DNA of 62,992 nt, counting the filler, from Asterionella formosa (Eukaryota), in assembly GCA_002256025.1 (NCBI GenBank). It is 21 parts of 21 records of this genome, joined end to end, with 100 filler letters (N's around TTAATTAATTAA, not from the genome) between each part and the next. Parts side by side here need not be neighbours in the genome. Positions count along the whole stretch, not along the records: positions 32,218 to 51,406 come from NKIB01003796.1; 20 more parts are not named here. The stretch is one strand, 5' to 3'. The position numbers and the translations under genes were made by a program. The notes beneath the pieces are model-generated. The model did not search any database and was not told the DNA's origin. It saw only the letters and a list, made by a program, of their open reading frames with translations. Position 1 is the first letter of the stretch. Every line of letters begins with the position of its first letter. This document shows positions 37,103 to 47,885 of this stretch, piece by piece.

Positions 37103-38872
37103 ATGAGCCCCAAGGTGTTGGCGTCGTCTCCGTACTCCCTATCGGGTATCTTCGTGACCAAAGCCGCTTACAAGCAAGTCGCTTCAGAATTTCATCCATT
37201 CCATCGCCATGACCTGAATGCTTTCCTTCACTTGTGGACCACGGGACTCGGCGTTTGGGGTGCTGTTCAGCTTGCCATGCTGTATGATTGCGAATACGCT
37301 GTTTACGCGTATGTTACTATTATTGCTTTGACTTGCCCCCTCCTTACTTCCACCCTGCACACCATGATCATTGCTGCCTTCATCACGGTGCCATCGCTCT
37401 CCTACAAGGCTGTGCCGGTGGAATTCGACTCGTTATACATCTGTCTTGCCGCCATTGTCCTTGGATACGGCCTGCAAGACTTGGCTCACTACGTATGCAT
37501 GGAACCTACCTACATGGGATCCTACATTGGCGCGAAACCGTACATGCTCGTTATCCATTCCATTTGGCTCTTGCCACTCGTTATTGACTCGGTCCTCATC
37601 CGTTATTGCTTCTTGCCAAACCTTGTCACTCGCAACCGAAATGTAGTCACGCAAGTTTCCTCGAAGAAGAACCTAGATGAGCTTCGCACATGGATACATT
37701 CTAATGTTCCGGAATCAAAGGAAACGACGCACATTTGGCCGCACAACCAACCGGGAACATCCACCAATGTAAAGAACCTGGAAGACGACGCTGCCATTTA
37801 CGCGGGCTTTCGAAAAGTTTTCGCAGCCAAGCATTTTGATATCAGGCCCATTCAGGGAATGAATGAAATTTATATTACAGCGGTTGGATCCAAAAAGGAA
37901 ATCAACTCGGATGCTGTTTTTTACACTCCACACGTCGATGGTCCCTACTGGTGGTTACCCGGGGCATCCACCTATCGTTTCCTGGTAGGCGTTACTCCCA
38001 ATGAAATGGTACGCACTCGATTCAACTTGCAACACGAGTCTCAAGATCATGTCTTGTCAATGTATGATGTCATTGGATTTGATTACAACCGAGAACTTCA
38101 TTGGATCGATCATGTTCCTGGCAAGGTCAACAAGGAGCGGCGATCCGTCATCAAGCTACACTACGTGGTCTACCCCAAGGGATGGCATCGTTATGGAGAT
38201 TTGGTAGCTAACTTGAACCAATCGTACAATACTTGGGCTAGAGGAAACTTTCTCAGAACACTTCGTCCAGCTGGCATGTATGAGTATGCAATGGCCTGGT
38301 GGATTTGGTTGACGACCTGGTTCAATGCTGGCTTTGAAGAATACATTGGTTGGTCCAATTTTGTTTATGTGGCTGCTGCGTATTCCCTGGGACCCAAGCC
38401 ATTTTTAATTCTAACATCATTCCGGCACTACATGGTGTACATGACCACCTTTGCCTTTCGCGAACCAATGGTGGCTCATGGATACCTTATGCGGGATGCC
38501 AAGTTGTACAAGACTATTGCACTGGCTCACCTCGGAAAACGTCTTCTGCCTTTGATTGCTCTTCCTCGTGATATTGTGGGAGTTTCCATGGCTGTCCTTG
38601 GATTTTCGATCACCATACTGGCCACCGCCCGTCTTGGATTTGTTCGCACCTATTTTGGATCAGAATTGGGATTCGTGAAGCCCAAGTGGATTGAAGGATT
38701 CCCTTATGGTGTTATTCCTCATCCCATGATCGTTGGGCAGCTGGTGGCCTACTCATCCATTTTGTTTTGGTGGAAGGATGTCATGGCCAAGGAAACTGCC
38801 ATGTTGATTGTGACACACATGACCTTTTACACTGCTCACATGATTCAGGAAATGCTCACGTCCAGCTACTAA
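37103..38872 (+). CDS. Multi-pass membrane protein: Mpo1/DUF962-like domain + HxD..H oxygenase-like domain + PEMT/Opi3-like methyltransferase domain
   Basis: N-terminal FHRHDLNAFLH..LQDLAHYVCMEP (Mpo1 pattern H-x4-N-x3-H..Q-x3-H..E). Central FYTPHVDGP..FDYNRELHWIDH..R..KLHY. C-terminal LGFVRTYFGSELG..GFPYGVIPHPMIVG (PEMT-like). Intronless, 589 aa. Confidence 0.75.
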   Translation: MSPKVLASSPYSLSGIFVTKAAYKQVASEFHPFHRHDLNAFLHLWTTGLGVWGAVQLAMLYDCEYAVYAYVTIIALTCPLLTSTLHTMIIAAFITVPSLSYKAVPVEFDSLYICLAAIVLGYGLQDLAHYVCMEPTYMGSYIGAKPYMLVIHSIWLLPLVIDSVLIRYCFLPNLVTRNRNVVTQVSSKKNLDELRTWIHSNVPESKETTHIWPHNQPGTSTNVKNLEDDAAIYAGFRKVFAAKHFDIRPIQGMNEIYITAVGSKKEINSDAVFYTPHVDGPYWWLPGASTYRFLVGVTPNEMVRTRFNLQHESQDHVLSMYDVIGFDYNRELHWIDHVPGKVNKERRSVIKLHYVVYPKGWHRYGDLVANLNQSYNTWARGNFLRTLRPAGMYEYAMAWWIWLTTWFNAGFEEYIGWSNFVYVAAAYSLGPKPFLILTSFRHYMVYMTTFAFREPMVAHGYLMRDAKLYKTIALAHLGKRLLPLIALPRDIVGVSMAVLGFSITILATARLGFVRTYFGSELGFVKPKWIEGFPYGVIPHPMIVGQLVAYSSILFWWKDVMAKETAMLIVTHMTFYTAHMIQEMLTSSY

Positions 38873-39105
38873 TTAATTATAGAGGAAAACGTAAGAAAAT
38901 ATGAAACCTGGCGATTCACATATCCGAGGTGGAGTGATGATTTTATGGACACGGTACCATGAAATTCATTAAAAGTAATTACACTATAAGAAAATTCTAG
39001 CGTTAAGCAGCTTTTCCGCCCGATCAATGTATAGTCCATAAACTGCAGGAAAATCGGCGACACTGGTGCAGACGTCTAGTGGCAGATGCAGACAACAATT
39101 TAATT

Positions 39106-40290
39106 CTATGAATCCATCATTCGCATATGTGTAAAGACATCTTCCTTCACCATTGGGCTTTTATCGGGCGTGAGAAATGTTTGAACCATCTTTGCTGCGT
39201 CATCCAATATTGCTACTTCCTCCTTGCTCATGGACCATGCCAAGGCTCCATAATTTTGTGTGACTTGATCGATGCTCCGAGCACCGGGAATTGGAATGGT
39301 ATCCTTTGCCCGTGTCCAGTTGATAGCCACTTGCGAAAGGGTTGCACCAGGGTGATGCGAGGCAACAATTTTCATAGTGTCCAATAAATTCTGATAGTCT
39401 GGTGTTGTCAAGAGTTGCTCAAAGATGATCTTGCGAGGACCTGAGGGCATTTTCTCTAGACTGTACTTGCCTGTCAACATACCAAGTGCAAGCGGACTAT
39501 ATGCCAACACTTTAACATTGAGATCCTTGCAGGCTTGGAGCAGTCCATTCTGTTCAGGCCATTGATACAACAATGAGTACTGAATTTGATTTGTAGCCAA
39601 CGGAATGCCTCGTTCGGCCAAAACTCCATGACAGGCTGTCATGGCTTCCACACCGTAGTTGCTCACTCCGACAGCTTTGACAAGCCCCTTCTCATAGCAT
39701 TGTGCAAGTCCATCCCAATACTCGGTGTTGGACCAAGCATTCGGAAAATGAATTTGATACAAATCAATTGGCCGTCCGATTCGTTTCACCGATGCTTCAC
39801 AATGCTTTACGACATCGTCAGCCTTGGTATAAAAGGGAAGAGGCGCAAACTTGCTAGCAATCTGCACCTTGTCGGCACAGTCCTTACTGAATTGGCCTAA
39901 AAGCGATTCACTTCGACCCAGTCCATAGAGTTCCGCTGTGTCAAAAAGTACTTTTTGGGTTTGTTTCTGTTCCACCGCAAAGTCAAAGACGCGGCGAAGC
40001 TCGTCGTCTTCTTTTGGGTTGTAGCCCCAAAAGAAGGAATCTCCCCACGCCCAAGCTCCGAGTCCCATTTCTGGAAGGTCAATGGTTGACGCCACCTGTG
40101 ATGATGCTGCGGCTGCTGCAGGAGGAAGCGCTTGAGTCCAAGGCGACAAAACTACCCCAGCGACGACGGCTGTAGTCAAAAATTCACGACGGCTGTGGAG
40201 TGCTGAGTGACATTTGTCATTTTTATTTTTCAGCGCAGTAAAGGCATTGGCACACGCCAAGAAAGAAGCAGCAAGGACGGTAAATCTCAT
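39106..40290 (-). CDS. Plastid-targeted aldo-keto reductase (pyridoxal reductase-like)
   Basis: MGLGAWAWGD, FDTAELYG, IDLYQIH, AVGVSNY, NQIQYSLL, AYSPLALG, PIPGA. Leader ANA-F then SRREFL plus a hydrophobic stretch. Likely ATG at 40290. Confidence 0.9.
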   Translation of the reverse strand: MRFTVLAASFLACANAFTALKNKNDKCHSALHSRREFLTTAVVAGVVLSPWTQALPPAAAAASSQVASTIDLPEMGLGAWAWGDSFFWGYNPKEDDELRRVFDFAVEQKQTQKVLFDTAELYGLGRSESLLGQFSKDCADKVQIASKFAPLPFYTKADDVVKHCEASVKRIGRPIDLYQIHFPNAWSNTEYWDGLAQCYEKGLVKAVGVSNYGVEAMTACHGVLAERGIPLATNQIQYSLLYQWPEQNGLLQACKDLNVKVLAYSPLALGMLTGKYSLEKMPSGPRKIIFEQLLTTPDYQNLLDTMKIVASHHPGATLSQVAINWTRAKDTIPIPGARSIDQVTQNYGALAWSMSKEEVAILDDAAKMVQTFLTPDKSPMVKEDVFTHMRMMDS

Positions 40291-41822
40291 TATAATCACC
40301 AAGGTGTGCCTGGCAATGGCAAGAGCTGGTGAGGACTTTAGAATCTGATACAATAGAAGACTATCACGTCTAATATCCTCGGTACAATATGACACAGAAA
40401 ATTTGGATGAGGTGTTTTAGCTAATAATGATATACTGAGAGTGATAGGGAAATGAGAAAGAGTATCACTTACCGGTATCTATTATTTTATGTTGACAGTC
40501 AAAAGTCCAATTATCAGCCAGAAAGATCAGGATCGAAGACGAAGAAAAGTACGTCATTGTTACAGAATATATTATTTTGCATGTACCAAGTACATGACAA
40601 TATTACCATTTGGCTGTATTCTGACATATCGGTACCAGGTACTATCTTCAAATACCCGGTACTCCGGAGTGCCTACACGGCAACGCCAACACCAGTTCGC
40701 TCAGAGTACCGGTACATCCACTAGCTAAATGCTGAGAGTCAGTCAGACAGTAACTCGATTTGATGTGAAATTTCTCTATTCTCGTCCACATGAAATTACA
40801 ACACTAATTTGTATCAAGTGTATCATGCTGTAACATGTATCTTCAATGGCAAAAGGTCAGCAAAGATCAAGTGCATTCTCTCCAATCTATTTTGATGGTC
40901 AACCATCAGCAGTATATAATATATAATGTTAACACCCATATCAATCATAGCATGAATCATGTCATCACCCTTCAGAGTAACTTGATGACAGTGACAATGC
41001 TAATATTTAAACAGATGATGACAGCAGTGTTCAGGTTTTCCTCTTTTTCTGTCATGTAGCTGAACATCAGGTATTCTAGTCTTGTTTCATTCTTTTTCTC
41101 CTAGTAGGACAAAAACAGATTTTATAATCTTGAATTCAACTACAACAAAAACGTCTGCCCAGACTCCGCTTCTCCATCAGTCACCTGGTGCTTGGTCTGG
41201 AATCGTGGACTAGGACTTGTGGTTCCTTTTTGATTATTCAGATCATTTCAGCCTAACTCTTGGTTCCTTGAGTATTTGTTTGCGGTTTCTGAGGCAGACG
41301 TTTGTAAAAGTGCTTTTGACTAATGCTGATGCCATAGTGAGAGCTGCTGCACCAGAACCACTTTATTCTTATCCATGATTAATCAGGATTATCCCCTAAA
41401 ATAAAGTGTTGGAGAGCAATGGATGGTCAGAAAGTGACTCTGCTCTGGAATTAAATGCAGCAGGACAACTATAACTATGAGTAACCAAATGTAAAACCAC
41501 TACTATACATGACACGAAATTAATTCAAAAATGAATTGGGAAAGATTAAAAAATGCAAGGTGATGACAAAATTGTGGAAACGAATGATATGCTACATCAT
41601 CCAATCAATGAATCTCAGAAGTTTGTTGTTTCCCACAACTTGAATGCAATTTCTTTTCGTGTTCCATCGACAGGCTACCAATCAATGGATTCTAACATAA
41701 GCCATACCATGGAAGTGTGAAAAACAAGATTAAAAGGTCGTATCAGCCTCCCAACATAGTCTTGCTGAATTGTTACAATAAGTGCATGAAAATCACTTGT
41801 TGTAGCTATGGTATTGGCACCA

Positions 41823-43093
41823 CTAAACAATTTCTGCAACACTCCGCACCATTCGCCCTGGAGCTCCTAACTCTACTCCATCCTCATTTTGATCAAGGCC
41901 ACATGGTCGACAGTATCCAAAAATATCATCCTTAATCGATGCAGGAAAGCATGCCTTGGCAAAGGGGGACAACCAGTCACACCGAAATCTGGTGGAATGA
42001 CCTATTCGTGGCGCCCCAAAGACTTCAGTAACGCCTGGCACTCGGTCGCCGCCCATGTCACCCTTGAGACGATCAATATGTGTGACATTGGACATGACCA
42101 CATCCCACTGATCCACCATCATACAGCTTGTAAAGAGCCCAAATAGCACAGCTTCAATCACCAAACCCATGATAGTTAACAAATGCGAAGGTTGGTCCAA
42201 ACAGTGCATGTGTTTGATAGAAAGACGGGTACCGGGCAACCGATGCATGCACACGACAAACCGAAAAATCACCAAGGACATGGAGTACATGCACGAAAGA
42301 AAGGTGTAAAGGACAAAGAGGAGGAAATACTTGTGGTTCCCAATGCCAACGCAGTTGTTGACCCAAGGACAGTGATGATCCATTTTAATGATGCATCGCT
42401 TGCAAATACTGTAATTATATCGAAACATAGAAGAACTAGGTGAGTGCATCCCACCATGATAAAACACGACTTAGAATCATGCCACCCTTACCTGCAATGA
42501 TGAGCCCGCATGGGCTTGAATGCTTTGCAGCGTCGACAAAGTCGCCTTCCAGTTTGTACAGGCGAAATTAAAATTTGTTCCTCTTGAGACTCGTTGGTAT
42601 TTTTGTCTTCTTCGGCATCTGGCAGGGGACTCGCATCAGGTGGGACAGCACCAGGATCAGTTGTCATGGCGTAAAAGTGCGCGAGACATGCCAGTGCAGC
42701 GATGAGGGTAAACGCAAAGCCATGGAAATGACCCCAGGGAGTCAGATGTCTGCCCGTTTCTCCAGTTTCCGACATCCATGGAGGCAGGAGGACAAAATTG
42801 ACGGCGTAGACGCCGTACAGATGGAGACCCCACGTAAACACGGCGCAAAGCAAACCGCAGCAATCCAGATTCAGCCAATGTTCATCGAACGGCGAGGTTC
42901 CCCATCGATTCCTTTTCACTGTTGCTATTCCGATGCTTGTGTTTGGGGTAACAGGAGCTGATTGAGTCGGCTTTAGTGCAACCTTACGGCGCTGGGTCGT
43001 ATTGGAGGACTGTTGCATTGTTTCTTGAGCACATTTAGAATCGACTACGGGGATTTGATCATATTGATGAAGCAAGCAAAGGAACGACTGCAT
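41823..43093 (-). CDS. DHHC palmitoyl S-acyltransferase, 2 exons (intron 42409-42491)
   Basis: [44 protein letters not shown]. The GTAAG/CAG intron restores the frame. The start may be at 43018. Confidence 0.93.
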
Positions 43094-43802
43094 GTTTTTT
43101 CGTTCGGATTTTCATCGAGCCGGAAGCAGGAATAAGATAACTGCTGCTGTTTGTAATTTCTTCATGCAATTATTATTCTTATTTATAAATGTATACATTT
43201 ATATATATAATAACTCAAACAATAGATATCCATAAATCGTATTGNNNNNNNNNNNNNNNNNNNNNNNNNNNNNNNNNNNNNNNNNNNNNNNNNNNNNNNN
43301 NNNNNNNNNNNNNNNNNNNNNNNNNNNNNNNNNNNNNNNNNNNNNNNNNNNNNNNNNNNNNNNNNNNNNNNNNNNNNNNNNNNNNNNNNNNNNNNNNNNN
43401 NNNNNNNNNNNNNNNNNNNNNNNNNNNNNNNNNNNNNNNNNNNNNNNNNNNNNNNNNNNNNNNNNNNNNNNNNNNNNNNNNNNNNNNNNNNNNNNNNNNN
43501 NNNNNNNNNNNNNNNNNNNNNNNNNNNNNNNNNNNNNNNNNNNNNNNNNNNNNNNNNNNNNNNNNNNNNNNNNNNNNNNNNNNNNNNNNNNNNNNNNNNN
43601 NNNNNNNNNNNNNNNNNNNNNNNAGGCAAAGGAACCACGAGTAATCGGTACCAGGTAGCCTATTGGCCTGGCCTACCTTTGCTTCACGACACGACCACAT
43701 GCTTGCTTGCTTGCTTCTTTTTCTAGATATGACTTGACATGGCACCATGCTGATGACGAGGAACAACTGGTCGACCAAGGTTTGCATGCATGATTTATTG
43801 CC

Positions 43803-44654
43803 ATGACGTGCGCCATTGTTCGTCCCAAGTTTCGATACTTAAGTGCTTGGTTCTGTCCCTTTGCTCACCGTGCCACGTTAGCCTTGGAGCATCATGCAGA
43901 TCGCGTCGATTATGAATGGGTGGAAGCGCTTGGCTGGGAACAACGAGTCGACGAGCACAATGTCACTGGGACAGGGAAGGAGTGGTGGTATCATTGGAAG
44001 GCGGATGAGCTCAAGAGATGCAATCCATCGGCGCTCGTTCCTACTTTGATACCCATGACTGAATCTGGTCAAGTCGATGAATCCAAAGCTGTCTTTGAAT
44101 CACTCGTGACGATTGAGTTCGTGGATCAAATTAGCGGAGCTACTGGAGTCGACAGACTCATTCCAGAGAACCCATTTGACGCTGCCAGATGTCGAATCTG
44201 GGCCGACAAGGTCAATCGGGAGATGTGCAGTCCATATTATGGCGTTTTGGTCAGAACAGAAGTGGCGGAGCAAAAGGAACATTTTCAAAATCTACTGAAG
44301 GGTCTCAGGGCGTTCAACCTTGAACTGCAAAAGACGCAGGGGCCCACATTTTTGCCCAACGCTCAACTGTCCAGTGTAGATATCTCTATCTTCCCCTGGG
44401 CCTATCGGTATTACGTCTTTGAACATTATCGTGGACCAGAGTATGCTATTCCCAGGGCTGGACTGGAGGCCTACCATGACTGGTTTGATTATCTCATCAG
44501 CATTCCCAGCATCAAGCGAACTCTTCCCGACAAGGAGCGATATTTGGAGCACATTGGCAAGTATGCCGATTCAAGTGCACGAAGTAAGGTGGCAAATGCT
44601 GTCCGACGAGGAGTGGCTGCTCATGATTTAGATGATGAAAAGGATGAGTACTAA
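43803..44654 (+). CDS. Glutathione S-transferase, Cys-type (omega/lambda-like)
   Basis: WFCPFAHR active site, NPSALVPTL, VFESLV, LSSVDISIFPW. Confidence 0.88.
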   Translation: MTCAIVRPKFRYLSAWFCPFAHRATLALEHHADRVDYEWVEALGWEQRVDEHNVTGTGKEWWYHWKADELKRCNPSALVPTLIPMTESGQVDESKAVFESLVTIEFVDQISGATGVDRLIPENPFDAARCRIWADKVNREMCSPYYGVLVRTEVAEQKEHFQNLLKGLRAFNLELQKTQGPTFLPNAQLSSVDISIFPWAYRYYVFEHYRGPEYAIPRAGLEAYHDWFDYLISIPSIKRTLPDKERYLEHIGKYADSSARSKVANAVRRGVAAHDLDDEKDEY

Positions 44655-44945
44655 CTTGCGATTTCTTATGATAGTTCAACTTTTGTTTGTTGCTTTATTA
44701 TCTGTCGTTGTATGTACGACGTATAATATTCGCATTTCGACGTGGACTGAGTCCGATGGAAGCAAGCAATTATTGCTGTATGGCAGAGTCACTTTATAGC
44801 AGAGTTCTACCTTGTTGTTGTGCTACATTACTAACTAAAATGCCTCACTCTATAATAGTAGCTCAATTATTTGTACACTTTAATTTATTTCACTATTCCT
44901 TACATGCTCAACCACCTGACCACCTGATCCTCCCCCAATTCATCA

Positions 44946-46043
44946 CTATACATACCACTGAGACATATCCCCGGCTGTAGAGAACATGTTAGTCAAAGGA
45001 CTTGAGTGGACTGGCGCACTCGTACTCAGTCGCTGAAGTTTATTAGCAAATACCTTGCTGCACAAACCTCGCCCCTGTTGTTCAACGCATTCACATTCAC
45101 CAGGCGCTCGGTATGGCTTGCCATGGTCAAACATGATCAATTCACCTCTTTGAAATTCCTTCCAGCCTGGTTCTGACGTTAGCGGTTTTGTGGCAATGAC
45201 AGCTACTCGATCTGATGGTGAAGTAACTTTAGAAAAGTCAATGCTGTACTCCGCGTCAATCAAATCAGCACAGCGAAACGGAGGTTCGCGAACAATGTAG
45301 TAGAGGCCGTTCCACACTTGCGATCCTGGCCGCTGACCTGGCCACGAGAAGGCAAATTGAGTGTAAGGTCCGCAGCCCAATAAGAAGTTAAAAATGGTGG
45401 AATCAGATTCGCCGTGGATGATTTCTTCGCAAAGTCTTCTGATCGTTTCGTGTAAGACTGGCAAAGTGGGGAGAGCATCAAACTCTGCCCTGAGAGCATT
45501 TAAAATTGCGCAAAAGACACCTTCACTGTCAGTGTCACCAACTGGATTATAGAAAATATCGTGGCAAGTAGTGCGGCCCAATGTAGGATGCAACGAGTTT
45601 GGGCAATAGCTACTTGAGAATTTGGGAACTTCGCCGTTATGAGCGAATGACCATTGGATGCCCCACTGTTAAGAAACAAGTCGTTTGTTAGAGCAGCTCT
45701 TGGCAGTTTCAAAAATATACAATATTGTTGTGAATTCTTGAGTACTCACCATCTCTCGCTGAAATGGATGCACATTTTCCAAGCTCACTCCGCCTTGTGT
45801 TGCAAATCGAATGTGCGCCAGCATATTGTATGTCTTGATTGGATAGTTAGCCACTAGCGCAGCCACTGGGCTGGACGAGCAAGGCAGAGTATCTAAAAAC
45901 ATGCGCAATCCACGTCCTTCGTAAATCGCCAGTCCCCAACCATGTGAATGCACATCGGTGACACCACCTCGTTGTGAAAAGCCTCGAAACGAGAACGTAA
46001 AATCCGTCGGAGCCGCGCAGTTCATTCCGAGTAGTTGACACAT
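44946..46043 (-). CDS. YafJ/EgtC/Dug3-like class II glutamine amidotransferase (Ntn hydrolase), 2 exons (intron 45666-45749)
   Basis: N-terminal MCQLLGMN (catalytic Cys2), [46 protein letters not shown]. Confidence 0.9.
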
Positions 46044-47885
46044 TGTTTCAAATTTCGAACTGTTCGTTTATCAGTTGATAAAATAAGTTGTGGAGTAGCC
46101 TCTTGCTTGTTGCTTGTTGTTTGCTGTTTGCTGTTGGCCTACTGCTTGGCTTTCTGTATTGTTGACGTCTTGCTAATGTGAAATGAGTAAGTCAGGGCCA
46201 GTGATGCAGTGAATAATTGTATAATATTTTAGTTTTATGGGCGGTCATGCGAGGAATAATAACAGGAGTTTGGTCGTTCCCGTTTCAGCGATGTGTTTTA
46301 TTGGTGGCGTGTTCTGTTTCAAGTCCGTTTCAATTTTTTCGTCTGGAATGATCTCATGTGCATTCTACCTGGTACCTGGTACCTGGTACCAGGTATCTGG
46401 TACATACCCCTGGCTGGTATCACATCTGGCTTATCATACACGTATGCATACGAAGGTGCGCGTCTGGGATCGAAATGATGACGTTGGTGCAAGTTTTTCG
46501 AAATATTTCAGTGGTATCGCCCATACATAGTAATAAATGCCAGTGTGATGATCCAGAAATACCGGTTTATGTTCGCATCATCCACGATCGAATAAGAACA
46601 GCCAAAAATGATAATGATGTAGGTACCGGGGGTATGTACGAATAAAGCAGGAAGGAGACGACATTTTGTTACTGCTGTACCGGTAGTCGGTCTTTCCTGC
46701 TGGCGTAAATGCTGCTGCTGGCATTTCTTCTTTTATGATTTCTTCCCAACGCACCACCACACCAGCNNNNNNNNNNNNNNNNNNNNNNNNNNNNNNNNNN
46801 NNNNNNNNNNNNNNNNNNNNNNNNNNNNNNNNNNNNNNNNNNNNNNNNNNNNNNNNNNNNNNNNNNNNNNNNNNNNNNNNNNNNNNNNNNNNNNNNNNNN
46901 NNNNNNNNNNNNNNNNNNNNNNNNNNNNNNNNNNNNNNNNNNNNNNNNNNNNNNNNNNNNNNNNNNNNNNNNNNNNNNNNNNNNNNNNNNNNNNNNNNNN
47001 NNNNNNNNNNNNNNNNNNNNNNNNNNNNNNNNNNNNNNNNNNNNNNNNNNNNNNNNNNNNNNNNNNNNNNNNNNNNNNNNNNNNNNNNNNNNNNNNNNNN
47101 NNNNNNNNNNNNNNNNNNNNNNNNNNNNNNNNNNNNNNNNNNNNNNNNNNNNNNNNNNNNNNNNNNNNNNNNNNNNNNNNNNNNNNNNNNNNNNNNNNNN
47201 NNNNNNNNNNNNNNNNNNNNNNNNNNNNNNNNNNNNNNNNNNNNNNNNNNNNNNNNNNNNNNNNNNNNNNNNNNNNNNNNNNNNNNNNNNNNNNNNNNNN
47301 NNNNNNNNNNNNNNNNNNNNNNNNNNNNNNNNNNNNNNNNNNNNNNNNNNNNNNNNNNNNNNNNNNNNNNNNNNNNNNNNNNNNNNNNNNNNNNNNNNNN
47401 NNNNNNNNNNNNNNNNNNNNNNNNNNNNNNNNNNNNNNNNNNNNNNNNNNNNNNNNNNNNNNNNNNNNNNNNNNNNNNNNNNNNNNNNNNNNNNNNNNNN
47501 NNNNNNNNNNNNNNNNNNCTTTAGGGACGCGAATGTAATCTGGATCATGTCACCTAATGGCATACAGAAGAACCTCACCTGAAAGGAACAAAGAGCAATT
47601 CATGTCAGCAACATATTTGAGCTTACATGTTTCAAGCAAACTACTTTCGTTTTGATTTACAGTGAAGCACACAGTTGTCTACCAGTATTAGCTTAGAAAC
47701 TAATTCTAGCCATTTCTACCATATGAGTACCATTGGAATATTGTAGTAGTATCGCAACTTACGTACCGGTATACTAAGTATTGCACAGGATAAAACTATA
47801 AATACGTGGGTGTATCATTGACAGATAACCGGTAAGACTGTTCAATTGAGTCACAATGATTTATCATTCACAATTGGATTTTAAC

